From Candidatus Nanoarchaeia archaeon (GTDB taxonomy: Archaea > Nanobdellota > Nanobdellia > Pacearchaeales > GW2011-AR1), in NCBI GenBank assembly GCA_035269225.1, contig DATFJM010000083.1, positions 1-30,024 of the forward strand: DNA of 30,024 bases, in the 5' to 3' direction. Positions within the stretch are counted from its first letter, which is position 1, and every line of letters starts with the position of its first letter. The notes below the pieces were generated by a model. It was not told the DNA's origin. It saw nothing but the letters and a program-made list of their open reading frames with translations, and did no database searches. Positions 25,910-30,024 of this stretch are shown here, in pieces. A program made the translations under genes and the position numbers.

Positions 25910-28432
25910 TTATGCCCATGTTATTATTTCAACCTCTGCACTTGTTGTATATGGAATCCCTTTGATTCCATTTGTTTCTATTGCCATGTCATTTTCTGAA
26001 AATCTGCTATCTACTCTGTTATCAGAATCAAAATCTAGTTCCTTTAATAACTCATAAGTTGCTATTGCAATGGCATCATTTGTATCATAATTGGTGTTAT
26101 CACTTGTATAATAACATTCTTGTGTGTTATTGTTGTTTTCTGGAACAGCAATTGTGGTATTTGATAAATCATCAAATTCTATTGTCCAGTTACACCCTTC
26201 TGAAGAAGCAGCAATAGGAGAGTATCCTAAAGCTTGTTTTATTATTGTGTAAATAACTTTATCAGAAGAAGAACTAGAAGAACTATTGTACGAGGAAAGT
26301 CCTGTTTTTAATCTTATTTTATTGTTTCCTTTTTTTATTTTTTCAGGAGGGATTTCTATTGTATATGGGTCTCCTAATTCAATATATTCTTTACCATAAT
26401 TAGAGATATTATAAACTGTTTCCCATGATTCGTTATAAATACTTACTGATTGGGTCCATTTTGGTCCTGAATAAGAAAGTACTTTTGCACTTGCAACAGA
26501 AGAATTTTCTGGAACATAAAAATTGGCTATTGATGAAGAATTAAAATTATTTGATTCAGAAGTTATGAATAATCCATAAGGGAGATCTTGAGTTTCATAA
26601 TTATATTCAATATAGGAATCAGGATATAGTTTTGTTAATGCTTCTCCTGTTGAAGAAATGGTTTGTTTTTCATAAGAGGCATTTATTATTTCTTTAGAAA
26701 TATTTTCATACAAGTTTACAATGTTCTCTACATTACCATAATAGTAATTACCTTGCCCACAATCTGCAATATCTTGTAAAGTGGATTCATCAGCAGAAGA
26801 ACCAAATCCAACAGCATGCACAGTAATGTCATGGTTATAATATGCATCACAAGCAGCTTGTACTGCATCTTGTTTGGCATTGCCAGTCCCTTGCTCAGAA
26901 CATTGTTCATTAGCCTCCCCATCACTCATAACCACAATAGATCTTTCTCTTTGTTCTGAAGTGTTTTTTAATCTATTTGTTGCTTCATTTATACCACAAC
27001 AAATACAAGTCCCTCCTTCTGCTATCCAATCATCTACTTTACTATATAAGGAGCTATGATTTGTTGATAAATTATGAGTATCATAATCACTAACTTCTGT
27101 TTCATACCCTACCAACCCCACTTGGTTACCTGTTATATTTAGTATAGAATCAATAAACTGGTCATTTGCTTGTTTTACTGCTGTTAATTTTTCTTCCCAT
27201 GTTCCACCACAACCTTCACAAGAAGCAGGGTCACCACAACCATCAAAAAGACAACACCAAAACCCTCCTCCAGAACAACCATCCTGCATACTCCCACTTA
27301 TGTCTGTTACAGAAAAAACATCCCCTATCCCCACATAATTCTCTAATAAATAAGAAGCATTTTCAAGACCCAGCCTTAAGGGAATTGTTTTTTTACTCAT
27401 TTTTCCATAATCTAATTTTGAAGACAAATAACTATTATTTATTTCTATTGTTTCTTCACCAGAAGTTGAACCATTAAATATTGTTTGGTTTCCTAATCTT
27501 AAAAAAGAAGTATAGTTGTTATCCATATGAAGATGAATATTCATATTAGTAAGATTGCCAGGAACATAAAAACCATCATAAATATTTATTAACCCTTCAA
27601 TACCAGGGAAAGAATATTTATTAGAAAGGTTATATGGTTGAGAAACATTATATATTAATTCTAAATTTCCTCCAGCAATATATAAATCATCTCCAACCAG
27701 TTTTATTGTGTTTGCCCCTTCATGAAATCTTTGTGAATAAGAAGAGAGATCATATTTTGAAGGGTTTCTTTCAGATGTAGAATTTTCATAATGTCCAGAA
27801 TAATTTCCATTAATATAAATATCAAAATTATTGTTTGTTGCTATTTCTAATCTTATTCCTTCTACCTGTCCATGACAAGGAATTTCCATAGTTATATTTC
27901 CTTCCCCAATATACCCTCCAAAATAATGATACTCTTTATTTTTACTTTTAACTAATTGTGCTTTTGCAGAATAACCTCTTATGCTTTTTTCTGTTGACTT
28001 TTCTATACCTCTTATTACCTGCCTTGAAGTCCAGACATTTGTAGAATTTCTTACAGGGGTTTCATTATTACTAACAATCAATTCATCTCCAAACCACATG
28101 CCAATGTTTTTGTTTGTGCCTATTTCATTAAAAATACTTTGTGCAAGATTTTTTCCTTCTGGCATATCTTTTGCATGATACTCAATTATTTGTTCCAATA
28201 CAGTGAAATTTTCAGAAGTTTTGTTTTGTTGTCTCAGTGTTTTTGCATAAGAATTGTTTATTTCAGAAATTTTTAATGAGCTCAGGGATTCAACTAGGTC
28301 TCTTTGAATGTCAGGTGTTTGAGATCTTTCTTGTGTTAAATTGTTCATTGTTAATAAAACCCCAAATATAAGTGCTAAAGCAATTAAAGCATCTAATGTA
28401 AAATAATAACCTCTTTTATTCATTTTTATCAT
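25910..28432 (-). CDS. Large pilin-like surface protein with vWA domain
   Basis: KRG/YYFTLDALIAL signal. MIDAS DISGS...GGT...VVMSDG, then VHAVGFG and LQDIA..G.G.YY. Confidence 0.8.
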   Translation of the reverse strand: MIKMNKRGYYFTLDALIALALIFGVLLTMNNLTQERSQTPDIQRDLVESLSSLKISEINNSYAKTLRQQNKTSENFTVLEQIIEYHAKDMPEGKNLAQSIFNEIGTNKNIGMWFGDELIVSNNETPVRNSTNVWTSRQVIRGIEKSTEKSIRGYSAKAQLVKSKNKEYHYFGGYIGEGNITMEIPCHGQVEGIRLEIATNNNFDIYINGNYSGHYENSTSERNPSKYDLSSYSQRFHEGANTIKLVGDDLYIAGGNLELIYNVSQPYNLSNKYSFPGIEGLINIYDGFYVPGNLTNMNIHLHMDNNYTSFLRLGNQTIFNGSTSGEETIEINNSYLSSKLDYGKMSKKTIPLRLGLENASYLLENYVGIGDVFSVTDISGSMQDGCSGGGFWCCLFDGCGDPASCEGCGGTWEEKLTAVKQANDQFIDSILNITGNQVGLVGYETEVSDYDTHNLSTNHSSLYSKVDDWIAEGGTCICCGINEATNRLKNTSEQRERSIVVMSDGEANEQCSEQGTGNAKQDAVQAACDAYYNHDITVHAVGFGSSADESTLQDIADCGQGNYYYGNVENIVNLYENISKEIINASYEKQTISSTGEALTKLYPDSYIEYNYETQDLPYGLFITSESNNFNSSSIANFYVPENSSVASAKVLSYSGPKWTQSVSIYNESWETVYNISNYGKEYIELGDPYTIEIPPEKIKKGNNKIRLKTGLSSYNSSSSSSSDKVIYTIIKQALGYSPIAASSEGCNWTIEFDDLSNTTIAVPENNNNTQECYYTSDNTNYDTNDAIAIATYELLKELDFDSDNRVDSRFSENDMAIETNGIKGIPYTTSAEVEIITWA

Positions 28433-28433
28433 T

Positions 28434-28919
28434 TTAGTTCCATATATATAAATTAAACTTTTTTATTTGATTTTTGTAAATAGTAATTCTCTCTATTTTT
28501 ATTATATTGGTTATGCCTTGGGGTTTTTTCCCAATTCCTTTAATTTTTTCTCCCTGTATTTCCATTCCAGTAAAATTAAAGTAAAACTCATTCTTTATTC
28601 CTAACCTATTTTTTGTTCTAACATATTCTTCTTCTGTATCTGTTATATTTGCAAATTTCTCTAATTTTGTTTGATTAATCTTTCTATCTGATATTATTCC
28701 AGGAATTTCTGTGTTTTCTAGTCCATCCCATTTTTTTGGTGTACCTTCACTCAATATTAATGTAGAACAAGATTTTCCTTCTGAATTAAGTTGTTTTATT
28801 ATTAAATCAGAGCTTCCACCTAAATTTATTGTATAGGAATATATAAAAAAAATACCTGTCAAGAAAATAATAAATGCAATAATAAGGTCTATTCCCCATC
28901 CCTGTGCTTTTTTATTCAT
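28434..28919 (-). CDS. Pilin-like/class III signal peptide protein
   Basis: MNKKAQ/GWGIDLIIAFIIFL and L.S.G.P..W motif. Confidence 0.7.
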   Translation of the reverse strand: MNKKAQGWGIDLIIAFIIFLTGIFFIYSYTINLGGSSDLIIKQLNSEGKSCSTLILSEGTPKKWDGLENTEIPGIISDRKINQTKLEKFANITDTEEEYVRTKNRLGIKNEFYFNFTGMEIQGEKIKGIGKKPQGITNIIKIERITIYKNQIKKFNLYIWN

Positions 28920-29295
28920 TGATATAAATTTCACCATTTTTTCTTTTTATTGTATTAACCCCTCTTTTTAATTCACCATTTATTTTTTTTATTTTTACAG
29001 AAAATGCTTGAGACTGTGTTTCAATTTGCAAATAATCATTAATAATTTTCATAGTATAATTATTTCCCATTATTTTTCTTGGTATAGTGAAATTTCTCTC
29101 ATAACCATCAAGAGTTTCACTTGCAATTTGTATCTCGTTTTTTACATTATAAGCAATTTGCTGCATTTGTTTATTTTCTTTTTGTTCTGTTTTTTCAAAT
29201 TGATGAACATAAATAGATGAAATAAAAAGCGCAAGGAATCCTAAAACTAACCCTATAACAACAATAAATTCTATAGCTCCTTGACCTCTTTTCAT
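28912..29295 (-). CDS. Class III signal peptide (type IV pilin-like) protein
   Basis: MKRGQ/GAIEFIVVIG. Confidence 0.8.
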   Translation of the reverse strand: MKRGQGAIEFIVVIGLVLGFLALFISSIYVHQFEKTEQKENKQMQQIAYNVKNEIQIASETLDGYERNFTIPRKIMGNNYTMKIINDYLQIETQSQAFSVKIKKINGELKRGVNTIKRKNGEIYINE

Positions 29296-29301
29296 ATTTA
29301 T

Positions 29302-29709
29302 TTATAAATCATTTATTATTACAAAATCTTTTTTTGCTTGTATTATTATCTTTCTTATTCCTTGTTCTTTTTTTATTGAACCATTTAAAGGGACATTGCT
29401 TTGAAAAGCTCTTTTTGAGATTCCGCTTGTAATAGAATATTCTACAATTAATTCATTTCCAGAAAGGGTTATATTTTTTAAATTATCAGGTAAAAAAACT
29501 TCTATTGTTGTTTTTGAAGGTTCTCCAGAATAATAAACTGATTCAGAAGACTCTATTATTTTGTTTGCAAAATTCTCTATCTGGTTTTCTTTTATCGATG
29601 TCTTCGAAGCCCCAATATAAAATTGCGCAATAATCAAAGTCGTAGACACTGCAAGAGTTATAAAAGCGATGATAATTAGGTATTCGACACCCACCTGACC
29701 TTTTTTCAT
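29302..29709 (-). CDS. Class III signal peptide (type IV pilin-like) protein
   Basis: MKKGQ/VGVEYLIII and A..V...G..S....V.LP pattern. Confidence 0.8.
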   Translation of the reverse strand: MKKGQVGVEYLIIIAFITLAVSTTLIIAQFYIGASKTSIKENQIENFANKIIESSESVYYSGEPSKTTIEVFLPDNLKNITLSGNELIVEYSITSGISKRAFQSNVPLNGSIKKEQGIRKIIIQAKKDFVIINDL

Positions 29710-29779
29710 TTTAGTTAAATTTATAAGTTAGACATTATTTATTTTTTAAAGTTAAATATATTTTATAAATCTTTGGAGA

Positions 29780-30024
29780 ATGAAAAAAGAGGTAAAGGCA
29801 ATAATCTTATTTTTTGTAGTATTAATAGTTGCAGGTTTAGGTGTGATTTTAATCCAAAGCCCTTTTCTTATTAATGAATTTATATCAAATATTGATTTAA
29901 CAGGAATTAAGAACTGGTTTCTAAATTTAAGTAATAATCTTCTTATTTTGGCAGGGGGGATTTTGTTAGTGGTTATATTAATAATTGTTGCTATGTTTTA
30001 CAAAAAGAAAAAGAAAAAAAGACA
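29780..30024 (+). CDS. Membrane protein, partial (runs off the window end)
   Basis: Hand-translated MKKEVKAIILFFVVLIVAGLGVIL...LLILAGGILLVVILIIVAMFYKKKKKK, with two TM segments. Confidence 0.65.
   Translation, partial: MKKEVKAIILFFVVLIVAGLGVILIQSPFLINEFISNIDLTGIKNWFLNLSNNLLILAGGILLVVILIIVAMFYKKKKKKR

Overview
AT-rich, CpG-poor archaeal chromosomal window, most consistent with a DPANN archaeon (Pacearchaeota/Woesearchaeota-like; inferred from gene content, not from a marker gene). It holds the replication hub: cdc6/orc1, DP1, three nucleotide-hydrolase genes and DP2, next to a likely oriC (three ORB boxes around an 86-nt pure A/T tract). To the right of the origin lie a PRC-barrel gene, a small wHTH gene and a convergent pair of similar coiled-coil/wHTH genes. 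This pair carries DNA repeat arrays in its coding sequences, including a fourth ORB box. The strongest novel signal is at 16184-17190: two orphan genes are each bounded by direct copies of a ~29-bp quasi-palindromic site, and the arm variants follow the attL-attP-attR pattern expected from two successive site-specific integrations. This looks like an integron-like single-gene cassette array that uses non-attC sites. A dif-like 28-mer lies 140 bp further on. About 4 kb away are xerA and a Zn-ribbon protein that has only the DNA-binding domain of a large serine recombinase. The rest of the window comprises tyrS, a TctA-like permease, YkgJ, patatin, Kazal and HAD genes, rpl18e-rpl13-rps9 and a class III signal peptide (pilin-like) cluster. 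All calls come from reading the sequence by eye; no database searches were run.
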